Source: Eledone cirrhosa (taxonomy: Eukaryota). Taken from it: DNA of 64,000 bases. Below are positions 26,642 to 38,437 of the stretch, one piece after another (position 1 is the first letter of the stretch; each line of letters begins with the position of its first letter). The translations under genes and the position numbers were made by a program. The notes beneath the pieces were generated by a model. It had not been told where the DNA came from and made no database searches. It was given only the letters and a program-made list of their open reading frames with translations. The stretch lies in assembly GCA_964016885.1 (NCBI GenBank), contig OZ024740.1, positions 112,282,001 to 112,346,000 on the forward strand, in the 5' to 3' direction.

Positions 26642-27359
26642 TTAGTACAGCATTGACGAAGCTTTAGAATACGGTCAAGCTAGCGTATATGCATAATCGG
26701 TCTGTAGCTTGAGCACTCAGATGAGGAAAGACCCCAGAGTAATAACATTACGTTCAGACAGCTTAGCAAATCAGATATAGCGGTCGGCAGTCCAGCCGCA
26801 TCACTAGAGCAACGAAAATACAGGACCCAGGAAAAGATTTTATACTGACCCGGCCATAGCGGGAGGCTGAGTGCAAAATATATAACTTACATATATAGCA
26901 TCCAACATCAGCGCTAAGTTTCTGCAAATCCAAGATCGACAAATTCCTATTGCAGGAGTCTGCAATATAATGGTTTTTGACGACAGAACATAGGATTTAC
27001 TTCTTCAGCAAGTCTTTCATTCTTAGCCTGAGCGGGTATGTTGTAGCATTAAATGTCGCCACAGACACGTGGTTTACTCCAAGGGAGGTAACCCCCGCTT
27101 AGGCGGTGAATTCTAATTTGAGATAAAGGAATGAATCCCTTTAGACAAACCGAATAAAGCACTCAACAAGAAGTTATCAAACAAACTTAAACAATTAATC
27201 AATCAATAGAATCATCTAATTAAATTAATCAGTTAATCGTTAATTCTAGGAGTAAATATAAATTTTAGTACAGCATTGACGAAGCTTTAGAATACGGCCA
27301 AGCTAGCGTATATGCATAATCGGTCTGTAGCTTGAGCACTCAGATGAGGAAAGACCCCA
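26642..27359 (-). mobile_element. Family Y non-autonomous element with 95-bp terminal direct repeats (623-nt period)
   Basis: 26642-26736 equals 27265-27359 (one mismatch); no ORF; TA-rich flanks; HHR-like fold 26912-27034 on the minus strand. Confidence 0.8.
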
Positions 27360-27380
27360 ATACATATATATATTTATTTA

Positions 27381-27510
27381 TATATTTATATGAAATTAAG
27401 AAAGGTTTTCTGAAGAGGAACAGAAGAAAAGCACTATTAAATAGAAATGTTCCATTCGTTTGAATATACATACAATTGCTTAAACTTTAATCTGTTATTT
27501 TAATAAATAT
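27381..27510 (+). mobile_element. Short (TA)n-inserted element, family X (3' end GCTTAAACTTTAATCTGTTATTTTAATAAA)
   Basis: The same 3' end occurs at 32345-32370 (minus) and 32784-32815 (plus); 5' part is the right arm of the 94-bp IR. Confidence 0.65.
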
Positions 27511-27528
27511 ATATATATATATATATAT

Positions 27529-27564
<36 letters not shown>

Positions 27565-28449
27565 GTTTAACGTCCCTGTTCCACGCTTGCATGGGTTTGG
27601 ACGGGGGTTTTCCCACTTGAGGCAAGAGTGGTTGTCTTGCTCGCATAGGACTGTCTGGCAGGTTTTCTACAGCTGGATGCCCTTCCTAACACCAACCACA
27701 TTTACACATATATACACATATATATATGAATAAATATATATATGTATATATATATATATATAATCATCATTGTGTATATATATACATATGTGTGTGTATT
27801 AATGTTTGTTTATGTGAAATGTAGGATTTTTGGCAAATGATTCCAAGGAAGGTTGTTAAAGGGAAGAGAAGGTGGGGTGTAGGAGGGACATTTTTATTGC
27901 CAAAATCTGTCAGCATTTTCATTTAATTCAACTATTGCTAATTATTCAAAACTACAGGACTACTCCCCACCACCAACACCATCATCACTATCACTACCAA
28001 CACCGCTAATATCATCACCACCACCCCAACAACAACAACAATGCTAGCACCACTGCCACCACCAACTCTCCTACACACAATTACACCTACTGTTGATTAT
28101 CAATTAAATTTGATTCCAATTACCCTCATCTAAACCCAATCACATTCTATAACTGCCAAACCAGACCTGATGCCTTCATCTGGTTTGATCTGGTCTGCCA
28201 CCAGCTGAGAATATTTTTCAACTTGAGTGAATAATAAGCAGTTTATTGAGTATTGCAGTGCTAAGATGTTACAGGTATGACAGTGAAGATGGGGTGTATT
28301 TAGAGAGTGTGGGTGGAGTGGAGTGGGATTGGAGATAACGTGGAATTGTATGTTGAGTGGAGTTGGAGTGCAGGTAGAATAAGGGTAAATTGGTGTCAAA
28401 TTGGATGTGGTTTGGGTGGAGTGGAGGTGAAACATAGGAGGATGGGATG

Positions 28450-28762
28450 GCCCTTGCCATTCTGAGTTCAAATCCCACCGAGGTTAACTTTGCCTTTCAT
28501 CCTTACGGGGTCGATAAAATAAAGTACCAGTAATGTACTGGATAATTGCTGGCCTTGTGCCAATAGTAGAAACAATTATTTTCATTTTGTGAGAGTCTGA
28601 CGCCCTGCTTTGCAGCAAAGAGTTACGGGGCTTTATGGTCTGATTTCAAATTCCACCGAGGTTAACTTTGCCTTACATCCTTACATCCTTACGGGATCGA
28701 TACAATAAAGTACCAGTAATGCACTGGGATAATTGCTGGCTTTGTGCCAAAAGTAGAAACAA
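28450..28762 (+). mobile_element. Two tandem family A SINE copies
   Basis: Diagnostic core twice. Confidence 0.85.
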
Positions 28763-28904
28763 TTATTTTTATTTTGCAATTCCATTTTGCATGACTATAT
28801 ATCTATTGAATAGACTGTCCAATGTGTTTTAATTGTTTTTCAATATAATCAAGATTTTTTAGGGGAGTTACTAAAATATCTATAACATTATATATTAGTG
28901 TATA

Positions 28905-29099
28905 TAAAGGTTAGCTGAAAAGTTCATCGACTGATCATGATACTCTCATGGAATGACCAAATGAGGTTTGTTTTTTAATATAGTCCCTCGAAAGAAACAA
29001 TGCAGTCATTAATAAGAGTCGAAACTAAGGCATGCAAGATTTCACAGTACTAGCATCACTCCTTTATAGTCAGCCTATAAACTTTTCAGCCTACCCTTG
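28905..29099. mobile_element. Mariner-like MITE
   Basis: Imperfect TIRs AAGGTTAGCTGAAAAGTT / AACTTTTCAGCCTACCCTTG, TA flanks. Confidence 0.65.
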
Positions 29100-29334
29100 T
29101 ATTAAGCATAGGCAACGTTTTTCAAGCAGTGGGCTGCACAGGATGTGGCTCATCATAAGGTAGGCCCCACTACTAAAATCTTTCAGACAAATTTGAAATT
29201 AGGAGAGCCATTCAGAAAGCTAAATGGGCTGCATATGGTTTTCAGACCGCAGTTTGCCTGTGACCGGTGTATATTATGGCGATGTCTGTCTGTAGGTATA
29301 CACTTCAAGTGTGAATATATGTGTATGCATGTGT

Positions 29335-29600
29335 GAAGGCTCTTTGCTTAGTGGTTAGGCTTGTTGTGTCCTTGAACAAAACACTTTATTCCACATTGCT
29401 CCAGTCCACTCAGCTGTAAAAAATAAGTTGTAACCTGTTATTTAAAGGGCTGGCCACGTCCCACTGTGTCATACTGAATTTCCTGGAGAATTATATTAAA
29501 GGTACATGTGTCTGTGGAATGCTCAGCCACTTGCACATTAATTTCATGAGCAGGCTGTTCCATTGTTTGAACAAGTGGTACCAGACCTGCCAACCTCTGA
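29335..29600 (+). mobile_element. Family B-related SINE (long-tail variant)
   Basis: GTGTCCTTGAACAAAACACTTTATTCCACATTGCTCCAGTCCACTCAGCTG...GCTCAGCCACTTGCACATTAATTTCATGAGCAGGCTGTTCC; related copies at 34965-35450 and 36580-36720 (-). Confidence 0.7.
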
Positions 29601-29919
29601 AAACCCGATCGGGGAGTACCATGAAAAAAAAGTGTCCCAAAATGGGGAGAACTGGGGTGATTTTACATAATGAAAGCTATACCCATTTTCACAGGAGATG
29701 ACATTTCTTACCCACCCCAAAGTGAGTGGGAGATCTGCCCGTCGGACGGGGGGAGTTGACAGTTCGTAACTGACAGAGGTCCAACAATATATGTTGACAT
29801 CATCATCATCGTTTTTACGCCAGTTTTTCCACTCTTGCATGGGCTGGAATACATGTGTATGTGAATATATGTACAAATGCGAAGTCTCAACACATAATAA
29901 TTCTTACAATTAAATAAGT

Positions 29920-30630
29920 GCAACTGCAAATAATTTTAAAACCTGTTGTTCATTTTGGATTTATATTCTTTTAAGAAGGAAATATTTAAAAATTCTACTT
30001 CCTTAGCTAAATTTATCTGATGTCTAAAACGTGATAACATACGAGACTCTCTTAAGTGGGATATTAATTCTGCAAAACTTTATGGGTCTAATAGAACAAA
30101 ATGCAATCTTTGTCTGACGGAAGCGTTTGAAATTATTACTTTTTAAATTATCCTTCTCATTTTAAAAAAGGAGATAATACCTTCTTGTCTACATAGAAAT
30201 TTTCACTCCTTTTATAAAATCCTTGAACCTGCTTAACTATACCTTTGACATCCTTGATTAAGTATTTTATTAACAACTTGAAAATTAGTTTCATAACTTT
30301 TATACCCTCCCTCTAAGTTAAGCTATCTTGTAAAATTAATATCTATTACCCTTCTCCTTAGTCTTCTGTGTTTAATTCACATATATATACATGCATACAT
30401 ATATACACAAACACACACATATACAAGCATGAATAAAAGCTCTATAAATTTTCCTTTTACTCTATTTATCATATAATTGTTGACCCTATATTACGTTATA
30501 ATCACAGTTTTATTCTTAAGGTAGTCTACATCGTTAGTTATTTGAAGTTTTTTAGCCATTAAACCTTAATTTTGATTATATATATATTTATTACTGTTAT
30601 ATGCTTTCATATATTTTTAATGTCTTTTTA
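29920..30630 (+). mobile_element. Second Naiad-type family: decayed GIY-YIG C-terminus plus 3' UTR
   Basis: Translation STSLAKFI*CLK...LKWDI...KCNLCLTEAFEII...EIIPSCLHRN parallels the end of the 23764-25918 ORF; UTR 30430-30630 is homologous to 59840-60050. Confidence 0.75.
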
Positions 30631-31485
30631 TTACACACACACACACCACACATGCACATACACCCCCCCCCCCCACACACACACACATATGTATATACTA
30701 GCTGAGGTACCCAGCTTCGCCAAGGTTAACAAATGATAAGAGAAGACCAGCAGAAGAGAAAATGTCTGTATTGAATGCATTGTCTTGTTTACAGTATGTG
30801 TGAATATTTGTGTGTGTTTGTGTATATATATATGTGTGCGTGTGTGTGTGTATATATATGTGTGCCTGTGTGAGTGTTCGTGTGCGTGTGTGTGTGTAAT
30901 CCACCGTTGCAATCGGAGACATAGGCCGCGAAACACGATCATCACTGACAACGAACTCGCACAGAGAATCCCTTATGGTTGATTCCCAGCCTGCTAGAAA
31001 TAGTAGTCAGGTTGGTTAGCATACGTGGTATGTCTTTCTTCTTCTTTGATGTTATAAAATTAGTATCAATAAACTTTCCTGGATATACTCTTATCCCAAT
31101 CCTGTACATACTTTCCGATTGTCACTTTTGGTTTTTTTCGTGTGATACGCGAAGGAACCAACCAACAAACATCTATTTTTTATATTATATATAAGTTACT
31201 ATATCTCTTTTATTTGTTCATTCAAAATATTTTTCACCTAATTCTGTCGTACAATCAGCAATCGTTATCTAATGTTTAAAACATATGAATAGCTGCGATA
31301 TATGCACCATATCAATCAAAAACGATATGAGAATTGAATACCATGCTAAAGCGCCAGTAAGCTTGCTAAGAATCTGCAGATAGAAATGTTAATAAATACA
31401 ACATTTTGCTTAGGTAAACTTTAAGATGTTCTTTCATTGTAGGTTTCTTTTCTCCTTCTCTCCTTCCTCTCCTCTTCCTTCTTTA

Positions 31486-31546
<61 letters not shown>

Positions 31547-32419
31547 CGAAGGAAATGTGGTAAGGAACCAGGTGGACCATAACGCACCAAAGTACTCAAT
31601 ACTTGAGGTAGTAGAGTGGGTAATAGGAACCAGTATATATATACGGCTAGGTTTACCATATATATATACGGCTAGGTTTACCGGGATTTTATCTTTTCAG
31701 GAATCCCCCCTCCACTCCAGTGCAAAGATACCGCACGCCCTCTCAAGTCAGCGATGGTGTGTGTGTGTGTGTGAGGGGGGGGGGGGGGGAACGTGCTCTG
31801 ATGTTGGGTTTGAATAGTTTTTAGGATTCCCCAGTTCAGCAGCCAGTACGTTAAAGAAAATTGATAGTTACAACAATAATGTTTGAACAGAGAACAAATT
31901 TTTTAACAAACTTTACAATAATTTGTACAACCATAATGGAAATTCCACGTAACAGAAGATACATAAATTACATTGTTAGAGCCTCAGAGTATACAATATG
32001 TTTTGTTTGGCCCTCGGGAGTAAAGATGAAGAGATTGTTTGGCGAGCTCACACTAGAGCATCCTACATACAATTGACCATAGTTTTCCCAGATGAAGGCC
32101 AGCCACTTTTAGGGTTTGACCCTGAGCTTTGTTGATGGTAATCGCGAAGCTTAGTCTCTCTGTTGCTCTAGTAACATTTTTTCTTCTGGAAAATCTGATC
32201 TTGCGGCCAAGCTAGGACTTTTGGGGCAGTAACAATGGTAATAAGCCGTCTGTGCTTTCCTGAAATAAATACGTATGTTTATGTTTTGTTTTTGTGTATG
32301 AAAAAATATCTGTATACGAATATATAATTATATATATATATATATTAAAATAACAGATTAAAGTTTAAGCAAAAAATCGCTGCTTTCACCCTTAACGGGA
32401 TCTTCTGAAACTAAAAAAA

Positions 32420-32725
32420 TCAATCTGTGAACGCAGAAGTAAATATTTCGAAAAACGTTGCAACCGAAAGAAAACAGGAGGAGGATACTTTGGTTCGTGA
32501 AGACGTTAGGAATGTCGTATAACCGGAAGTGTTGACATTTGAAAATGTTAAAGAAGTGAATATTCGAATAATATCTTTAATCTTTTAACAAAATTCAGTA
32601 GACGAAAATACCCTCACTTTTTTACTTGGAAAAAGTTACATCTATGGGGCAAATTTGGTGCTGTTTGGTCCAGCCATTTGGCGGAAAGTTTGTTACCTAC
32701 ATACGGCTGTCAGCTCTTTATAGTA
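32420..32725 (+). mobile_element. Possible Helitron/Helentron-like non-autonomous 3' portion
   Basis: CAAATTTGGTG...GGTCCAGCCATTTGG...TACATAC...CTTTATAGTATA resembles DINE/HINE-type 3' ends; resemblance only. Confidence 0.35.
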
Positions 32726-32808
32726 TATATATATATAGTAATAATAATAAATTTGAAGACTAAAATCTTTGCTTAAAATCTTTGCTTAAACTTTAATCTG
32801 TTATGTTA

Positions 32809-32857
<49 letters not shown>

Positions 32858-33567
32858 TAAATATTTGCTCTACGGTTCTTATATATTTGATATATATTTA
32901 TCCTTATCGAGCCCTCTTTGGATTTTAGTCTTCAAATTTATTATTATTACTATATATATATATATATTAATAAATAAAAATCTGCTTTTAAATTTCATAA
33001 ACATAATCATAATATACACCTTTGAAAATATATCTGAAAAATTTCATCGACATATTTATAATGAAAAACACTGTCAATTATTTTCAAAGAAGGCTCGGGT
33101 ATAGATATAAATGCGCAAATAACATTATAGATTGCTCGTAATTCGTTCAGAAGAACATTACAAATATAATGTCGTTGAAAACACAAATATAAACATATAA
33201 AACAAGAAAAAAAGTACCACGGCTGATGGCGAAGCTAAGGCGCTGAAACAACCAGGCGAGCCGCCAGCGATGACAAGAACTTCGCTGTCAGCGGCTCAAC
33301 TCCACCAAACGTCTCGAACGCCACAGGCTGGAGAAAATAATTACTGGATAAATCCAGGTATCCTATTATTTTATAACTTCGTTTACTGAGTGTAATATAC
33401 TTTGATTCTTAATATTATGCCTTAAGGCTTCATAATACGTCTAAAGGCTTCCATAAATTTAAACGTTTTCCCTGCCATATTTAAATGGTCTTGTTTACGT
33501 TCTTCGTTGTTGTTTTTTCCTCTCACTGGGATTTTAAAACGCATAAGGTATTTATTTGTATTTGATT

Positions 33568-33636
33568 GATTCTGAGGAATTATTCTTACAGGAATCAATA
33601 TCTATTCTTGTTACTCTAACGAAACGTTCGTAAATT
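33568..33636 (+). ncRNA. Type I hammerhead motif in a Penelope-like 3' end (33420-33675)
   Basis: GATT-CTGAGGA-...ACAGGAAT/ATTCTTGT...-GAAAC-GTTC-GTA-AATT; homologue at 60451-60519. Confidence 0.65.
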
Positions 33637-33769
33637 CATTAAATGCTTTAATAATAATGGTTCTTTAATCTTTCGTTTATATATATATATATATATATAA
33701 ACAAGGTTTAGCAAATAATGAAAAAGTTTCAAAATAAATTTTTAAAAATTGACTTTACCTACTATAGTT

Positions 33770-33852
33770 ACCTTTACCGATCGGTTTCGAATCCCAAAAA
33801 TAAACGGAGGCCATACGGCCTTCGTTGCAAAGAAAGATTCTCGTCAGAAGGT
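33770..33852 (-). ncRNA. Type I hammerhead ribozyme with an apparently intact core, in a (TA)n-flanked element 33698-34110
   Basis: Minus strand ACCTT-CTGACGA-GAATC...GATTC-GAAAC-CGATCG-GTA-AAGGT; all three stems pair; stem III palindrome ACCGATCGGT. Confidence 0.85.
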
Positions 33853-34109
33853 TCTTTTCATTCGAAGAATATAAAATTCTTGAATTTAAATTACGAACTA
33901 GCGCTATCCAAAACTGTTCCCGAGATGAGAGTGAATGAAGTGGAATCAATTTTTTCAAGGGCCGAAGTAAAGATAGAGGCAGAGGGAGGTAGGTCAACCG
34001 GCCGCAACTATCACTAGCAGCAGTCGGAACGACCAAATTTGCTTCTCAACAATAGAGGAGAATAGTAATAATAGGATATGTGTTCCTTCACGCACAAGGC
34101 GCTAAGGGA

Positions 34110-34178
<69 letters not shown>

Positions 34179-34310
34179 GCTCAATGAAAATATAACTCTG
34201 CTGTGATTAGGTATTTACCCATTGGATTAAACCCTGAGCTGTCTCTAAAATCCTATTGAGCTTTAAAATTTTCTTAACCTTTATATGGTTGTATTATCAA
34301 TTCACTTAAA

Positions 34311-34370
<60 letters not shown>

Positions 34371-35499
34371 TTACGAGGAAAGTAATGGCAATGGTGATGT
34401 GAGAGCTTTAAATTCCTTTGTTTCATAAAACACCGTATGACCTTCCTAAGAGAGAACCCAAGGTCTGACATGATTGATATTATACGGCATGAAGAATTCC
34501 TACTGATAATCTAAGGATGCAGAACTGTCAAAGACACAGAAAGAATTAAAAACCTATAAATTCTTGCTCTTGTTTAGTTTTCAGTAGCATTCCCCCATTC
34601 TCCTCCACCCCGCCACCCCCTTGCTTCTGCCAATTCTAGAGCATGTCTTTGAGAGGGAAAAATGCCATTCATGCCAAAACTGTGTCTACTTGGCAACAGC
34701 AGTGAATGTTTTAAAAGAATCAGTCGTATGGAATGAGTATATAACAATTGTAGACTAACCATCTGGTAGGATCAGGATTGTAACAGTGTAACAGACTAAG
34801 CACATTAAATATGAACCTTCATTCATTCTTGTAGATATATCGCAGAATACTAAGAAGCCATAACTTTCTCTTGTGTTCTTCAAATGGAAGGTTAATTTTA
34901 GTATTGCTTCTCTATATGTGCTAATTCCTCCCTTGTATATCTGATCTGTGGAGGTGCGTTGTTTTGTGCGCTTGGCCTAGTGGTAAGGGTGTTGGATTTA
35001 TGATCATAATAATGTTGTGGGTTCGATTCCTTGACTAGTTTGTGTGTTGTGTTCTTGAGCAATACGCTTCATTTCAAGTTGCTTTAGTATACTCAGCTGA
35101 AAATGACTACCAGTAATAGCTGAGGGTTTAACCCTGCGATGGGCTGGCATCCTCTCCAGGGGTGCCTGTACTCTCAGTCACTTCACTCCACAGAAACTGG
35201 GATAAACACCACACTGAGTCTCCGGGATCGAGACAGATTTTAAACTTCTTTCTCTTAGATATTTGGCTTACGATCTTCAGAGTCACTCCTGGTGACATAG
35301 TGTGTCTTTGAGTAAGGTACCTTATTTCACATTGCTGCAGTTGACTCAGCTGGCAAAGATGAGATATACCTGTAACTTAAAAGGCCAATCATGTTACACA
35401 CTGTGTTATGCCGAATCTCCTTGAAAACTCCATTAAGGCCGCACGTGTCAGGCAGCCAGCATGTGAGATGCTGTACCACTTACTCATCACATTTCTATT

Positions 35500-35945
35500 A
35501 TGCCCGATACTGTTTTTTCGACTACTAAGGCAAACAGTTACATAGGAGTGCCATCAGGAAGCCCCTCCAGTAACCTGGTGTGGCAGTTCAGTGAAATAGA
35601 CCAGATTTGTTGACCTCGCAAAACTGGCAGCTGCATTATGACAATGCCCCAGCTCATTCATCGCAGTTGATCCAAGAGTTCTTGGCAAAGAAAAGCATTT
35701 GGCACTGTACAGACATGGTTCTTTCTAAATTTTGGTTGTTCCTAAAAATGAATATACCATTAAAAAGTTCCCAGTTTGAGAGCTGAGAGCATATCATGTG
35801 AACTGTGACAGCGGAGCTGAGAGCTAGTCATGATTCTTCATGACTAGCTCTCAACTCCGCTGTTACAGTTCCAGATGTACACCGAGGAGTAGAAGGTTCA
35901 CTGGGCTATGTGGAGGCACAAGAGGCCTACTTTGAAAGGGATTCA
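35500..35945 (+). pseudogene. Mariner (DDD) transposase fossil
   Basis: WQLHYDNAPAHSSQLIQEFLAKK...FWLFLKM; stops and deletions. Confidence 0.8.
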
Positions 35946-36451
35946 TACGCACGCACACGCACACACATTCACACATTCATATATTTGATTGTATTTTTGT
36001 TTGATTAAAGACACACCCAAGTTTCAACAGAGCAGGCGGGGTGAGGAGATTTAGGGAAAGGGGTTGTTTAGCTTAACCAAATAACATTAACCAAGCGTTT
36101 TTAGCCCTTTAAATATGAAACATGATATATGAAGTTTGTATATGTATGCAATGAACTTTCTAGAATAATTATAATGTGCACACTACCTCCGTGTACTGAT
36201 ATCAAGGAATAAAATCTCTTTAAAAAGATGAATTTCTCTGCTGAGAAGAGAATTTATTCATATTAAATTTTATTTATTTTTGTTTTTCATTGGGAGACCA
36301 CCATCGAAGTAATTTTAGTCGACCATATAGACCCCAATACTTATTGCCAAAACTGATACTTCTATTATCGGTCTCTGTTTGTCGAACCTCTAAAGAGTAA
36401 ACGTAAACATAGATACGGACTAAGCACACACGCGCGCACGCACACACACGC

Positions 36452-36495
<44 letters not shown>

Positions 36496-36499
36496 ACAC

Positions 36500-36562
<63 letters not shown>

Positions 36563-36739
36563 CACACATTGATGAGCCTCCATCTGTTTCAACGATGAGT
36601 GTTCCAGCTGTTCAATCAGTGGGACAGACTACTCATGAAATTAATATGTAAGTGGCTGAGCATTCTACAGACACGTGTATCCTTAACGTAATTCTCAGGG
36701 AGATTCAGTGTGACACTAAGTCTAATAAGGATGTCCCAC

Positions 36740-37070
36740 CATAACCACCACCACCACGACTACCACAACCACCATCACCATGCCAACCTCCATTATACTG
36801 CCACCATAACAACCACTACCATAACTACAATCACCACAAATACAGCTACCATAACCACCACCAAAGCCATGACAACCCTCAGTAATACTGCCACCATAAC
36901 CACCACTACCACAACCACCACTATCACAACCACCATCACCACTAATACAGCTACCATTACCACCACCATGGCAACCCCCAGTTATACTGCAACAATGAAC
37001 ATTACCACCAATACCACCACCACTAGTACCACTGCAACCATTACCACAACTACCACCATTACTACCTCTC
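36740..37070. repeat. (ACC/ACT)n low-complexity tract
   Basis: Direct inspection. Confidence 0.85.
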
Positions 37071-37339
37071 ATTATCTCCAGTGACCCATACAGACAAAGT
37101 AGACCATTTATAGGCCAATTACCTCAACTGCCAATTGCAGCTGGCGTTGAATAAAACTGCATATTTGACCATTACTTCCGCTAATGCCATCATTAGTGCA
37201 GCAAATGCATTCAGTGCCATGTAGTGCCTGATTGCACCAGCACTGCAAAACATGACAAGAAAAATATAGACTACCGTTGTCTTTTTACTGTAGTTTGGAC
37301 GATTTTATATATATATATATATAATTATATATATATACG

Positions 37340-37385
<46 letters not shown>

Positions 37386-37455
37386 TATATATATATATAT
37401 ATATACATTTATATATATACATTTATGCACACACACTCACACACATATATATATA

Positions 37456-37513
37456 CAGGGTGTGCCCCCAAAATGTAAACAGACTTTGATTAGAATGGTT
37501 TGGGGACACCCTG
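37456..37513. mobile_element. 58-bp Tc1/mariner-type MITE
   Basis: TA-CAGGGTGTGCCCCCA ... TGGGGACACCCTG-TA. Confidence 0.75.
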
Positions 37514-37550
<37 letters not shown>

Positions 37551-37722
37551 GAACGATCGAATTTCGTCAAATCGGACCGAGGGAACAATGTTTCCGTTGG
37601 TCGAAAGATTTCCTGGTGGAAGTTCAGGTGTACTCCGGGTTGGTATCCAGTTTCGAGGTGAAAGTCCAATCAGAAAATCCAACGAATTTTGAGAGGTCCA
37701 CGTAAGCGTTGATATATATATA

Positions 37723-38189
37723 AAAGGTAAACAGAAATAACAACACAATCGGTACAGTATATGGAAGGTATATATTAGGTTAACGCTTGATATAGCAGGA
37801 AGAGGGTCTTAACGTTTCGGACGCTAATCCTTCATCAGAAGAAAGAATGAGAAATAAAATAGATTGAGGGGACGGGCGGGTTGGAATTGGAAAAAATGTC
37901 TTTAGATAAAAATAACGGGTCCATTCATGTTGACATCTCTTGCAAAACTGTTGGTGCTGGCGTGTTGTGTATGATTTATTGTTTAGAAAAGTGGATGATG
38001 GAGCGCGTCTACCTGAAATGGAAAAAAAAAAACGTTTTGTAAAAAGAGCTATACTTGTGCACGTGAGTAAGCATGTGTGTGTGTGTATGTGTGTGTGTGT
38101 AAAGACCCTCTTCCTGCTATATCAAGCGTTAACCTAATATATACCTTCCATATACTGTACCGATTGTGTTGTTATTTCTGTTTACCTTA
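37723..38189 (-). mobile_element. Fold-back non-autonomous Penelope-like element with 88-bp inverted repeats and HHR
   Basis: 37723-37810 is the reverse complement of 38102-38189; (TA)n flanks; a fragment of the same end lies at 17912-17962. Confidence 0.85.
37807..37842 (-). ncRNA. Minimal type I hammerhead ribozyme
   Basis: Minus strand TCTT-CTGATGA-A-GGA-TTAGCG-TCC-GAAACGTT-AAGA; palindromic AACGTT stem III. Confidence 0.8.
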
Positions 38190-38437
38190 TATATATATAT
38201 ATATATATATTCACACATACACATATCATCATCGTTTAACAGCTTTCCTTGCTGACAATGCTAACAGAATTGCTGATCCAAAGTAAACCCTTACATGTAG
38301 GGTAACTAATGCCTTTCACCTACAATGAGGCAATATCTAAAAATTGCATATTTCACTTACATATTTCCACGGGGATGTTTACTGATATAAAGATCTTCTA
38401 ATGAGACCACTAGAATGGTTGAAAATTAATTAATGCT

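Noticed and set aside
26645-26700. Plus-strand HHR, twister or SECIS-like motif (GCA-TTGACGA-AGCT..AGCT-AGCG..TGC)
   Set aside because: Lacks GAAA and the SECIS quartet; not preserved in the 9051 copy
27410-27460. HHR-like CTGAAGA-GGAACA..TGTTCC in family X, and CAGAAGA..GAAA on the minus strand at 32380-32410
   Set aside because: Core incomplete (no GAAA after stem II, or no NUH/stem I); may be decayed ribozymes but cannot be supported
33200-33360. GC-richer segment ending in CAG|GTAT as a possible host exon
   Set aside because: No clear acceptor or recognisable peptide; lies within a (TA)n-bounded block of Penelope-like remnants
33718-34017. 99-aa ORF on the + strand
   Set aside because: No recognisable motif; it is the antisense of an HHR-containing non-coding element
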